From Vermamoeba vermiformis (taxonomy: Eukaryota): DNA of 64,000 nucleotides. The position numbers and the translations under genes were made by a program. The number at the start of each line of letters is the position of its first letter. The stretch's first letter is position 1. Below the pieces are notes generated by a model, which saw only the letters and a list, made by a program, of their open reading frames with translations, was not told the origin of the DNA and did not search any database. The DNA is taken from positions 1-64,000 of the forward strand of contig JBEWZL010000049.1 in the NCBI GenBank assembly GCA_045837725.1, in the 5' to 3' direction. Positions 1-12,837 of the stretch are shown piece by piece.

Positions 1-109
1 TTTTTTTTAAATAATTTTTAAAATCTTTTGAACATCTCTCCTTTAAATTGCGCATCAGTAATATCTGTACTATATTGATGCGCGATAATAAATAATTTGC
101 ATAATATTT

Positions 110-185
110 TACCATTCTTTTGATTTTTTTGGCGGTTGGTCTTGATCTAGTTCTCTTCGATCGTTTTGCACCTACTGCTTGTGCA
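110..185 (-). pseudogene. Diverged copy of the first exon of the neighbouring F-box gene (paralog start or relic; may continue off the left edge)
   Basis: 110-185 aligns with 2928-3003 (shared core cggttggtcttgatctagtt and the same gtaaa donor). This copy has no ATG at the equivalent position and carries small indels. Confidence 0.5.
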
Positions 186-434
186 AACACGAATATTCGA
201 TATTGAACCAGCTGTGGATGTGACAAAACTGGAATTAAGCGTTACACGAAAAAAAAAAGCAGACGTCCGTTTTCAACCGTTTTTTCAGGACCGACACCAA
301 CGATCGGGCATGGGCCATGTTTTTTCCACTAATAGTAGATTGAGCGATATGATAAATTTTATAGTCACCGATTTATTAGAGATTACGATAAGTACTGGTT
401 GGTATCAATGGTGTGAGGTACAGGCTCGATATCC

Positions 435-3005
435 CTATTCTTCATCTTCATTATCATCTTCATCATTATGATAATCAGCTTCGAATTTCATGTCGGCAGG
501 TCCTGGAGGCTCCATATAAGCCAAGATTAATTCCAGCCAATCGTTTTCTGTCGCATGTTGCAAATTCATTTCTTGAATCAACTCGTTAAATTGGTCGCGA
601 TAAAATCGCTTTTTGCACTGGACTGCTGACTCGAAATTGAAGGACCGACAAGTTCCTGCCGGCAGAATGCACAGATCCACACTGAACTCCGATGAGAAAT
701 CTCCGGGGCTTCCTTCGTAACAAACTTCAATGCCGAAGGAGAATGACTTCTCAGCTAAATATAAGAATAAGAAAAGTATTGAAGTTAATTGCTAGTGTTG
801 TTTTGTTCGGGTAACGGAGCCGCTCCGAAGTGACGAATCTCGGTCCTCACCGCTCCGCACCACTATCACGTGAGACTCGTCACATAGAGTGTACCATATG
901 AGACCCTCGATGACATCACTTTAATGTTATGTCCGTAAAGGTTTCATGTTAAGATAAAGCGGGAGATCGGCCGAGATTGTACGCTTCACGCGGATTTCGA
1001 ACGCACCACTCAAGTTGAATTTGCGTAACAAAAATGGATAAACGATTCTAATGTCTTATATACGTACGGTTAGGATGTAAAATCAACTCCAAGGATTGTT
1101 TGTTGCTAAAACATGGCTTCAACTTTGAGTAGCGAGTCTTCGGCACTTCAAAACGCGCAAATTTGGCTGAACAACCTTTGATCGGTTCGCATTAGTAAAA
1201 TAACACTTTATATATGGAGATATAATCCTACCTCCCATTTTTGCTCGTGCGAATAAGTCGATCAATTCATTTTTCGCGTCGTCGGAACTAATTTTGGCAA
1301 GCTAAATATTCATCGTTATTAGTACAAGTTAATCTAAGCTACTTAATCTAATTTCGTAGTTATTTGGAAATTATTACGTACGTTGTTGATGCATTGGATA
1401 AACGCTAATTTTCGAAGTAATCTTTTCAGTACAAATCGTGCTTTAAAGGCCCAAGAAAATACTGATCCCTGTGGAGTCATGCCGCTCAAATAGAATTGCA
1501 TTAACTTCGATATTTCCATCGCCATATCACCATTTAAGTTAATTTCATTGTTATAATTTTCGGCCAATTCGTCGATCTGCTCTTCGTCAAGATAATCCTC
1601 ATCGTATTCGTCAAATTTAGCATTTTCATCTTCGTTTCTCAGAGTAGACCTTTGACTGACAGCCAAATTAAGTAATACCTCCATAAAATTTTTTGACGAA
1701 TTTTCGCCGATCAGATCCACTTTTAGCCAATCCATTATTTTACGAATATCCTCCTCATTAAAGTATTCCTTTTGCTCGTATTTGTCGTTACCAAAAATGC
1801 ACTCCTTTATCTCATGAGTCCCATCAGTGTTCTTTGGATCTTTCTTAAATTCAAAGACAATTGTTTCGTTATTATTGTCTACACCTAATTGTTTCAACAC
1901 CACCGTAACTTTAAAGTTCAACCATCCTTGTCCATCGCCATGTGTATATAAGTCGTGGTACTCGCATTTAACGGCGATGTAACGGCGGTCTTTACCAACC
2001 CAAATAAACGCTGATTTCTCTGCGTTTAAATTAACCGTTAATAGTAATAGGTAATACTATCTCTTAATATACATCATATTTCGATTTTTGTTGTTATAAT
2101 AATAGTCATCCGATCTTGAAAATATAATTCAACCGAACTAGTTTTGAAAGTTTAATACTTACGCGTTGTATTGCACGTATTACTATCCGAATCTTCCCAT
2201 ACACTCTCAATTTTACGACAAAAATCTGCAACAACGATAAGCAACGTTATTTTGTGCACGAGATCAGGTTAAAAAGTCGATTCGTACCTGAGTAGCAAAC
2301 TGACTTGAGATGCTTCTCATCTATCAAATCCCTACAGTTTTGCGGTGCAATCGTTCGGACGGAATTTGTTACGGCGACCATTTCGGCTCGATACAAGAGC
2401 TTTTTCAGCGTTTCAGCGAGCTCAACATAATTCTTAGTCTCAGCCAAATACACCGCTTTTTCAAATAGCAACGTCACATCTATCAATATTAGGTTATTTT
2501 ACAGAGCTCTAAATAATCGCAGAACACGTACCGATGTTAGAAGTGGCTCTCGCGACAGAGGCAGGCAAAAAAGGAACCACATCCGTTGGTAAACCTGATT
2601 AAGAATTAATACCAATGATTAATTAACTACCTTAATATGTAGCATATATACATACCATGAACTCGATTGAAATAGCTCGCCAGAAAGAGAGCGTGGAGTC
2701 GCTTGAATGATTTTGACACAAAATAGAGCGCCGAAGCTGATTCGAGCGATAAATATCCACATATATTTTGCCAACAATCATCAGGGAGGCCACATAAAGT
2801 ATCCTAATTCAAAAGTAAATCGAATGAAAATATTCAAAAATTAATTTTAAATCTAAATCGAATTGTATTGCAACCCATAAGTTATTAGCGCATCAATGAT
2901 TATTAGTCCTCTAAGTGTAAATTTATTTACCATTATTTTAGATTTTTTTAACGGTTGGTCTTGATCTAGTTCCTCTCTTTTTCGTTTTACGCCCACTGCC
3001 TGCAT
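435..3005 (-). CDS. Multi-exon F-box protein with acidic, uncharacterised C-terminal region
   Basis: Exon 1 reads MQAVGVKRKREELDQDQPLKKSKIM|gt. Exon 2 (~2803-2657) reads DTLCGLPDDCWQNICGYLSLESASALYFVSKSFKRL, an F-box consensus. Further same-strand exons overlap ORFs 1343-1921 and 435-680. Phase across 2020-2160 is unresolved, so this could be two genes. Confidence 0.6.
796..1010 (+). ncRNA. Candidate structured RNA or foldback element inside intron ~755-1067 of the minus-strand gene
   Basis: Outer helix pairs 820-854 with 958-993. Two inner hairpins lie at ~860-892 and ~897-949. Several mismatches read as G-U pairs on the + strand. Confidence 0.35.
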
Positions 3006-3164
3006 TGTTATATACAATTAATTTTATATAATCCAAGCTCGGCTCGGAGAAAGTAGTGGTAGCCAACCAAGGAACTTTTGAGACTTTTGTGAAAACAGAA
3101 TTTTAATTTATTTATTGGAGCACGTTAGCACTAGATCTCGTTACGATCGAATAACGTTAAACAT

Positions 3165-4648
3165 ATGGCTGAATCAAACAGAGAAGGCAGATTGTATCAC
3201 TTGGCTATTTCAGTTCTGAGATCAGCTCAACCAACGAAATTGTATCGCGTCCATCAGATATTCGGAGAGGAACTTGTAAATGCTATTAAAAATAAGGTAT
3301 GCTGCACGAAAATATTCTGAGGTACAAGATTATCCAAGCTGTTTCTAAATTTTTTTCTAAATCTGTGAGCCTTGCAGCAAGCTGATCCTATAATTTAAAT
3401 AATGTCCTAAAGCATATTTTAATATAAAAAATAGCTCGCTAATAATGCGGTGTTGTTGTCTTATTTATGAGACGATAAAATCACAATCACACCACAATAG
3501 TCTTCTTCTTAATAGCGACTAATCTTTGTTGCATTTGACTAATATGTATTTATGTATACTCATTTCTCTCTAATGTAATCATAATTTTTCGTTCGTTTTT
3601 TAACGCATCTACAGATGGACATCATTCGTACTCCTGCTAGCAGTGGCAATATTGAAGTACTGAACTATTTGATAAACGCTATGAAACTTTGTATCGACGT
3701 GAAAGATCATACTAATTGGGTACGTACAGACACGCTAGATTCACAAAAGTTGATCCTTGGATCCGGATCTAAACTACCGATTTACGCTTAGACCTAATCC
3801 TTTCTATCAGACCCCATTGCACCATTCTTCCTTTAATGGTAGTGCTACATCCGTTGTTTCATTGTTATACTGCGGAGCAAATCCGAAAGCTAGAACAGCA
3901 GTTAATGTACACCAATCGGATTATGCGATAAATATCGTTTTTACTAATATTTACATCAAAGAGAAATAGGCCAGTTGACATCGCTAACAGCCCTGATATT
4001 ACAGCCATTTTCCATGATTTTGACAGTTTGACACGAGAAAATTTTGCTCAAAAGTACTTGCCAAATATAACGAACGATGGATTGAACGTTGATGAAGCTA
4101 CTCAAACTCAAAATAACTCAGTTAATAATACAGAACCGTTTGTTATTATGGAACTGCCAGTTGAACTTCAAACAGAAATTTACGACCGATTGCCAATCGT
4201 TCAATCGTATTTCGTCAAATTTGTTAGCAAAGAATGGCGTTCGCTATATTTAGAAAGATTTGCAAAGAAATATCCTTATTTGGGCACAAAGTGGAAGATC
4301 CGCAACATAGAAGCAAGCAACTTGCAATGTCGGGCATATCCAACATTGTATCATTTTCTGTTATACCATCCACAAGCACAAGAAGGAAATTTCAAAAGTT
4401 TGGCTAGCTATTACGACAGTATTAACCGGTCCTTAGAAAAATTAACAACTGAAGATAAGATCTACAATTGTACCGATGGGACGATGAAATTTGATCCACG
4501 AGAGTTCAAACGATTCTTTTTTGGAATTTCCCGACGCGCAGAAACAATTTACTTGTACAGACTAGACAAATGGACATTAACCGCGTTTGTCTCGGACAAT
4601 ACCGAAAACTTCGGTGTTGCTTTTATTTTTAAATCTATGCTAGTGTAA
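3165..4648 (+). CDS. Ankyrin-repeat plus internal F-box protein (apparent 1-nt frameshift in exon 2)
   Basis: Spliced ankyrin repeats read ASSGNIEVLNYLI...DVKDHTNW|TPLHHSSFNGSATSVVSLLYCGANPKART. The F-box IMELPVELQTEIYDRLPIVQSYFVKFVSKEWRSL lies in ORF 4028-4648. An extra T in the run at 3668-3671 breaks the frame. Confidence 0.7.
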
Positions 4649-4745
4649 GGTCATTAAATATTGTTTATTTTACTAGTAACGCTACTTAAGCTCGTGCAAG
4701 TTTGCAGCTTTGAACGATAATTTTATCAACGACTATTCTTGGCTT

Positions 4746-7416
4746 TCAGTAATAGTGATTCTGTTTATTAGTGTTGGACATTTCAACGTCAGGGTGCATA
4801 GGACTATGAGGGGGTGTAACGATCTTAGCAGGTTGGACCAAGTTGGCTGAGAACGAGCCGGATCGGCGAAGGCCATCCAAGATCGGTCGAGATCCAGATC
4901 TGTTCAAGCGTGGGCTTGAAGGAGTCTTCTCCAAATACTTATCGACGCCAGGAGGACGCGCTTCGTTGGGTCTATCGGCAATACGAGCCTTTTGGAAGTT
5001 ACCGAGAGCTGTAGAAAAGAACACGAGATCAGCCACGTTGCACGATACTTTTCCAAATACGTAAACACATACCTTCACTCAAAGCAGCAGGACCCTTCAA
5101 GAGCAGACCAGGAGGCAGTTTAGAGTTGGGACTCAAACCCTTAATCTTCATAATCATCTCACGCTCCGTTCGCAAAATGTTGAAGAGACGCAACAATCGC
5201 GAGACGGACTGGATCTTCTTTGTCACGATCTGGCGTCGCTTCAACTTCTCTTCTTCGGTCATTTGTTGTTCTTCGCGTTCAGCTTCTTCGTCGTTCACGA
5301 GGTTCAAAAACACCAACAAAATTTCACTCACTATTAATACAACAACGTTAACAAAGGCGTCTTATTGAAAATAGAGGTGAATAGACATTAAACCGATTAC
5401 GTAATCGTGAATTACTACGATAAATATTTACCTTTTTCGGCCAAGAAAGGCATGCTCCAGCTGAAAACATCCATAAAGCCAGGCAACCAGTACGGGTGTT
5501 GAGTATTGTTGAACTGTTTAATATTGATCACGTTGTTCGCGTAAATCATAATAGCGGCCTTGTTATTGTAAGCCTCCAAGTAGTTCGGCGCCGAGAAGAT
5601 TGTAATGCACGTGGGGAACTGCGTCTTCAATGATTTTTTGTACATTCGGAAACTAATTTTAAACAATAAGAACTACGTATTAATGGTGGTATTAACGAGT
5701 ATTTACCCCTCATCTTGAGCCTCGTGAGCTCTGATCAATGTCAAAATTGAGTTTCGTTCCAAAAAGTTCGACACGGCACGATAACTACAAAATGAATTAT
5801 TAGCTCGTGAAAGTTAACTATTAAATCATTATTATACTTACCCGTATGAATAAGAACATCCTCTTACGGAGTTAAACTTAAATTCAGCGTCATCATCTGC
5901 GTAATTTTCAGCGGGATCCGCCCATAAAAGGTCACTGAATAACAAACACTTATTAACAGTACTCTAGGATATAATGTGCATCGAAAGTACTTACCACATA
6001 GGTCCATTTGGTGGTGGTTCGCGGAATCTGTTAATATTTTCAATGTCTTCCAACTGCAGACAAGTAGGTCAGTCACACGTGCCACAAATCACCAGCGGTC
6101 AAATATACGTACAGTTTCAATGTCAGGAGACAGACCACCGTGCACGCACAAAAACTGTGCTTTTTCTTGACTGTTCAAAATGAGCGCTGCGAGGGGCAAC
6201 GTGTCGAACGAGTCCATGAATGCATCGTACACTTCAGAATCATATTTCTTTTCACCTATATCACGCTCACATTAATCAAATGCTTCATATAACTAAGCTC
6301 GGCACTTATTATGTTAATCTCATATAATCGATATTGTAAGGAAACTGGTATTGTGAGGAAAGGTCACGAAACATATCGTAGTTAGATCCGATTAAATTTG
6401 TGATGTTTGCGTAATAAGCGGAAGTGATGCACCATTAACGTTGATCATAGTAATAATATTAATATAACTTACATTCTTCTTTAAACGTGAAATAGTCAGT
6501 CAAGTGACGGCACTCGTGATTGCCGCGCAATAAAAAGAAGTTGTCTGGTCTATTAATCTTGTAGGTGTATAGCAATAAGACGCATTCCAATGAAAAATAT
6601 CCTCTGCAAATAAAAATAATCATTATTATTAGCGCCATATTCTCCGCTGAAAAATAAGACCGCCTAAAATTAGCAACTCTTTTGAAAGGCCTTTTCGAGC
6701 GCAATTCGCCAATAGTATAAGCCTACCTATCGACATAATCGCCCAAAAATAAATATTGAGTGCTTTTAGGATCGCCACCAACGTCGAATAATTTTAGTAG
6801 ATCAAAGTATTGGCCGTGGATATCGCCGCAAACTGTTAAATAATTAGAATAATATATCTCATCATAATCGCATGATTTTAACGTGCATTATCAAAAGTCA
6901 AGCCAATTTTAATTTCCAGATCGTTACGAGAATAATCGGAAATATAAATATAGGTTTCATATTATAATAATAATATTGATGTATATAATATCGTGTCTTA
7001 ATGTAATCTTGAAATTTGAGAATAATAGCAAATTTATCAGATTTAATATTCGAATAAAAACTAAAATTCTTACTAGTGACAGGCTCCTTGATTGCCAATA
7101 CGTTTGGCTCTTGTACTAATATTTGTGTAGCTTGAGAAATGATCTCCAATAACAGGTCTTTTGCTAATTTTCCTTCTTGCTTCAGATGGTTACGAAGCAC
7201 ATCTGGATTCGGAATTCCTTTATCATCTAACAAATCCTCCTTTTGTAATACCTTAGCGGTGGGCATAGGTACATCTTTCATAACTCTCTCCGTCGTGGAC
7301 AGCTTAGGTTCATGAAGGTTCTTCTTTCTTTGTTCAGTTGGGGACGTGCTCTCGATCTCCATCTCGTCACCTGATGACGAGGCAGACATAGTATCAGTAT
7401 CTTCAACGCTAGACAT
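4746..7416 (-). CDS. PPP3C: Calcineurin catalytic subunit A (PP2B)
   Basis: PPP motifs GDIHGQ, GDYVDRG, LRGNHE and SAPNY are present. Also the CnB-binding [23 protein letters not shown], the CaM-binding [20 protein letters not shown] and an autoinhibitory-like DRPNEARPP, with multiple GT-AG introns. Confidence 0.97.
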
Positions 7417-8098
7417 TGTAAATATACGAGAGCTGTGTTTCTTGTTGGGACGCGTTCAAAAAATATTGATCCAAATTTATTTTTGGCTTGAACGCACTTG
7501 CCAGGCAAAATAGGGCTAATAAAATGGTTGATATCGATAATGAAGTACTATTACATTTGATTGAGCGATAAAGTGGGTCTGGCACTGCCAAAAATACAAG
7601 ATCGGGACTTGAAGAGCTCAGTTTATTTTGCCAAAATCTTTGCACGCCCTTATTGATTGGCTTATTATTTTGATTTATACTCGATCAGTCCCCGATCTCT
7701 TCTGGCCCTTCTGTTTCTTCACTGTTTGTAGCTACAGCACCTTGATCACGTTGCCCTTGCGTGTCTCGTGGTCTACTGATAATAGTGGTACGCACTGTCA
7801 CCGCCACTTATTTGATTACACGTACGGGGAATCGAAAGTGAGTCTTGTTGCCTTCAGCTTGTTCGACCGTAGCTAGAAAGCGAGATGGAGCGGAGCTCAT
7901 ACACCGCCCTATGGCCACGGTGGAAAGATTGCCGTACCAAGAAATAAATGCAGTACTGTATAGCTGTCCTTCGATTATTGAGGCCGTTGAATGCATTCTG
8001 CAATATTGTAAATTCTGTTGGATGGCGTCATCAGTGTCCGGTTCAAAATAAATTCATAATAATAAAATAATATTACCTTACGTTACTAGCTATGTCTT

Positions 8099-8389
8099 TT
8101 AATTATGTCTGAAGAATTTCAAGCTCATCCAGTTCAAGTAAACGAAGAAGAATGTGACGGGGATCATAGCCGGTAGTAACCAACAATAATATTTGTCGTG
8201 CTTTATCCAGTCCAAGAATGCATTACCAGTGTCAGGAATAAATAATTTGGAAATTATTGTCGCGTAGATTATGACCAGATACGCGATCACCGTGCCAGCC
8301 AACAAGATGTAGCCCCAAGTGACTGTCTCTGACTCCGTAGAATCACCAGTCTTGGCTCTTTTAATAACATCACGTTGATATTGATACAT
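8099..8389 (-). CDS. PIGY: GPI-GlcNAc transferase subunit PIG-Y family protein (96 aa, 2 TM)
   Basis: Two hydrophobic helices and the C-terminal signature WIKHDKYYCWLLPAMIPVTFFFVYLNWMSLKFFRHN. Confidence 0.85.
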   Translation of the reverse strand: MYQYQRDVIKRAKTGDSTESETVTWGYILLAGTVIAYLVIIYATIISKLFIPDTGNAFLDWIKHDKYYCWLLPAMIPVTFFFVYLNWMSLKFFRHN

Positions 8390-8465
8390 TGTCGTGTGTT
8401 CTGTTGGATCTGGTCGACGTGAAAATGAAAAACTATTCGTTATAAATTTTATATTACAGACCACC

Positions 8466-9735
8466 ATGCTGAGCAATATTACAAAGAGACTGTTGCCTAC
8501 TGGTGGCTTCAATAGAGTCTCAGGCACATGTGTATCAGCCTCGAGTTTGTTCGCAGCAAATCAGACAAGATGTTACGCATCGCGACGTCAACAAAGACGC
8601 CCTCAACAACAACAGCAACAAAAATCTAATGAACCACTATCATTAAATAATATTCCAGAAGACCAGGGTACATATCAAGCCGACCAAAGCTAGCAGATAA
8701 TTATTATGATTTTTATGGATTTATTCAAATAATTATTAAATAACCGTAGAAGGCTTCAACGACGCATCTAATAGTTTTAAATAATATATATTAACATAAA
8801 TATATTTAAATTGTATGAAACACGATGAAATAACTTGCAAGACACTAATGAACTTCAAACACAGTTGAACTCCCTGATCGAACATACAAACCAATGCAAG
8901 CCAAAGAAAAATTGCACTGGCGATTAGTAAATTTAGTGGAAAAGGTTGATTGGAGCTATTTCAAAAATACTCCTGAGCAGGGCTACCCGCAACGAAAACC
9001 CGCGCCTGTTCGACCAAAGGAAGACTTACCCGCACCTAGAGGTAATTATTATCGCTCTAAATATTCATTTTGGATCGTTATTTATCGATAATTTGTAATT
9101 GCAAATGAAATTACGTTAGTTTTCTCGTACCTTTTTGACTGATCGTGATCTTGGATGTAGGCGATATGACTGTTGAGAAATTTTTGAAGACTATTGGCCG
9201 AGGATGCGCCGAATATACTGACAAGTTCGAGTCTTGGGAGAAGCTTATGGGTGCTGATCGCTGGGCACTCAAGGCAGCTGGCATCCCAATCCGCCAACGC
9301 AAGTGGATCCGCAACTGGGTCGAGAAATACAAGAGGGTAAGTTTTATTTTAAACATAAAATACGCACTTGCACGCGCTCGTGTGACAAAGTTTGGTAATT
9401 GAAAGTAAATTGCGGTGTTTATGAAGTGCTTCGAACATCCGGACCGTTCCGTGCACATCTGGCACTTGCAAGCGGCACCTGCCTCGTAAAATCATTGTCT
9501 CCGATAGAAAATATTGTTACGAGACACTTGATAACATTTGGTGTCCAATTTAACGTTGTGCTCTTCTTTGGTTCCAAAATCTAATCCAGTACACGAATCT
9601 AACGATCTTGTTTGTTAGGGAGTTGAGCCTTACTTCGTGCCTATCCACTCTCAGACTAAGAGAAATACTAAACTAGAATGGAGACAACAATTAATCACTC
9701 AGAAGGCCAAGCGACGAGAGCTAGGCCTCGAATAA
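8466..9735 (+). CDS. FYV4: Mitochondrial ribosomal protein mS41/Fyv4-like (IGR domain)
   Basis: Basic, Ser-rich N-terminal presequence (MLSNITKRLL...) and IGR domain TVEKFLKTIGRGCAEYTDKFESWEKL...LKAAGIPIRQRKWIRNWVEKYKRG; 4 exons. Confidence 0.85.
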
Positions 9736-9940
9736 AAATCAAAAATCGATCCGGAAGATCTAATTAGCGAAATCGTAAATAATAACCAAATAAAGACGTT
9801 GGACATTTATTAATAACGGTTTGGTAAGGCCTTTTAAATAATGAGATTCATTTTCTGAAAGTATATGCAGCCGAGCGCTCACACTGCCCATAAAAAGTTA
9901 AATTCAAACTTTTTAACTTTAGCTCGGCAGATTAATCTTC

Positions 9941-11791
9941 CTAATTATCCTTCATGACCACGTCGTTGTCTTCCTTTGCAGATTTATATTCTTCCATGGT
10001 TAAGGGCACAAGTTCAACGTAATCCACGAACATGCCGTACTTCCAATCGTGGTATCTAAAAGATTCTATTGATCAGTTGATCTTTCATGAATAAAATTAA
10101 CTATTATATCAAATGTGGCATAATCTATTGAACCGAAATTTAAATCGAGAAATTCTTCGTTGATGGAAACTTTCCGCGCTCAAATACATGAAGAAATCTC
10201 TTTAGATAATAGAGATGGCCCGATGATCAAAGAATCCCCGTTGAATTATAGAAGTAAACATAAAGAATTGCGGGGAATATGATGATTTGTAATAAAACAA
10301 CGTAGATCAAGTTACTTACCCTTGAGAAACCTTGAAACAGACCGTTGTATGAGGCTTTTCAACGAGAATGTTGCCGACATCGACATCAAGCCATTTCTCG
10401 ACTCTAATGTTCTATAGGAACCAAAGTTAACGAGCAAGAAAACGAAAGTTCAGAAAAGATACGCACGGCAGGCTTTTGCTTGTACTCGTGCACGAGCCAT
10501 ATAAACTGTTGAAAACTATCGTCATTTTCTCTGATAGAAAAAGTATATTAGATACGGTGGACTAGAAGCGTAATAATAGTGAATAGATGGAAACTTGCCT
10601 ATCCTCTTCTTCTTCATCGCCATCGTAAAATGCCTCTTCATCGGGTTTATTAAGTACTTTAGTCATAAATTCTACGGCGCCTATCGAGGAAGGTAAGAGT
10701 TAGACCTGAGGCCAATAATATCGACGGCATCTACCATGGTACCTAAACCGTAATCTTGGGCAAGCTTTATCCTCCAGACAACTTTATATGGCCCTGGGAT
10801 CCATACCTTGATCGTACCTTCAGCGAGAAGCTTGTTGACTTCGTTGAAGTGTAAAACCTATTAAGAAAGATTCGTAAGGCGCTAACTTTGCAAAGCGATA
10901 TATTTATCACTAAGGCGAGAAGCCTGCCCAATGGTATATTTTAGTATTCTAGTTAGTGCCTTTACCTTGCCATAATAGCTTGCTGCATCATCGACTGCAT
11001 AGGCCGCTAGCTTGCGTGTTGCGTTTGTATGGTGGTACAGCAGTACGTAAAACGGTCTGATTCCCGAAGACTCTGCTACTCGTTCTTGTCTAGTCCTCTT
11101 AAACTCTTCTTTTATCTTATGTACTTTAATGATCCCATTCGGCGAGGCCATACCAAGAGGACTAATTTTTGCGCGGGCTTTTCATGATCGAGAAAAAAAA
11201 TTATTACTCAACGTTTCTCAACGACTATTATTCTTATGTAGAGAAACGGATGAATGCAATCGATTGATAAATTCCACGCCGAGAAAAGACGGGACTATAA
11301 ACGCGTGACTTACCAAGTTGAATGTACAGATTTCGATAATGACCGCACGATTGGTAACAACTGCTGTTCGTTATCGATGAAAAATCTCTCTTTATCAAGA
11401 ACTTCCACAGGACTTGGCTATTACTATCCCTTTTGGTAAGGACGAGAAAGTACGCCAGGTATTTACAAACCTAGATTTAACAAAAATAAGCAAATAATCT
11501 ATAAAATCAAAAGAAATAAATTGCAACGATATCTGACGCGAATCGCCAATAAAATCTAGAATTCTTAGGGCGTAAATTACCGTATTTCTGCAAAATTTCA
11601 GCCAAAATTAAAAATAATTATTTTCGGGATCTGATTGAATGTTGCAATTTAATACGATACGGAACTTATAATAATTCCCCATATATTAATAAAACTACCT
11701 CTGATAAATGAACAATATCTTGTATTGCTAGGCCTCGACAAATCTGCGTCACGATCTCCTCGGGTAGTTCTGGTGTACCGTGGCTTGCCAT
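9941..11791 (-). CDS. F-box plus phloem-protein-2 (PP2)-like lectin domain protein
   Basis: N-terminal exons read PELPEEIVTQICRGLAIQDIVHLSE|VCKYL...LWKFLIKRDF (F-box). C-terminal exons read GTIKVWIPGPYKVVWRIKL, WLDVDVGNILV and WKYGMFVDYVELVP (PP2-like). The junction around 11160-11310 could not be phased cleanly. Confidence 0.6.
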
Positions 11792-12837
11792 ATTTTTCTA
11801 TTTAATTTTATAATAATCTACTCCTTAGTGGCTCTCTATTGGCGCGTAAGTGAATAATTTTGGATTTTTTTGGACCGACTGAATTATCGTGCAAAATGAA
11901 GTTCACGAAATGATGTTCGTCTCAATGCTTGTTCGAGCTGAGATTATATTATCAATGTGACTAATACATATAGTAGCACGAGTGGTAGTGAGAGTTTGCT
12001 AATCGGATGGGGTGCAACGCGGATCCCGGTTCAATCGTATTATTTTAGTATAACCGTAATAGCATGACCAATCTTTAAAGTGATCGTTTCATAGAAACTC
12101 ATAATTATTCGGAACTATCAGTTGCACCATAGGAAAGTGCAATCGATTGGCCAGTAATTGAAATTCAAAGATGAAATAGCCGATTAGGAAACTTATTGCA
12201 TTGCCCAGAAGCGTCAAATTTGCGAAGATTCAAGAAAATTGTTCTGAAAATTCGTACCGTTACCGCTATGTCGAGAAGAGTGGTTCCTTTCAATCGGTAA
12301 GATGCTATAATTTCGTAATTTGATTCGGATCCCAGACATTCATCCCGAGCAAGCGATTAGGAAACGGTTGGTATATGAAATCGAATGAACCTGCAACGAT
12401 CGATTCTTAGAACGGTGGGAAGTGTGCCCGATAGCGCCAGCCGATTGGTGAGTAAAACTTCGATCCGATCGGCCGGAAAAGGGTACCACCGATATTACCA
12501 TTAGTATTTTCATAAGAAACGCGTTTATATTGGTCAACAATCATATGACCAGCGAACGAACGAATAGCATCAAAGGAATCACTCGCAATTTAGCGTTTTT
12601 CGGCCAATTTTCTTGTGGAAATTCACTCCAAAAAAATTATAAAGTCATGTGATTCAGTATATTTCACGGTGCTTAAAAAGACAGAATGACATCGAACCTA
12701 GTTTCTTTCAAAGATTTGAATCATCAACCACAAAGGTGAAGAAAAAATTTTTATTTTTTTGCGATGAACCAAAGGCACTAAATATTGTTTAATAGATCAG
12801 CAACATTTACTACCTTATTTATTAAATCGATCCCGCA

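Noticed and set aside
7500..8060. Several short overlapping ORFs between calcineurin and PIG-Y
   Set aside because: No recognisable motifs or consistent splice model; probably UTR or promoter sequence.
11970..12045. tRNA-like A-box (tagcacgagtggt) and B-box-like (ggttcaatc) with a possible GCT anticodon loop
   Set aside because: The anticodon and T stems do not pair, so no credible cloverleaf forms; tRNAscan-SE would be needed to rescue it.
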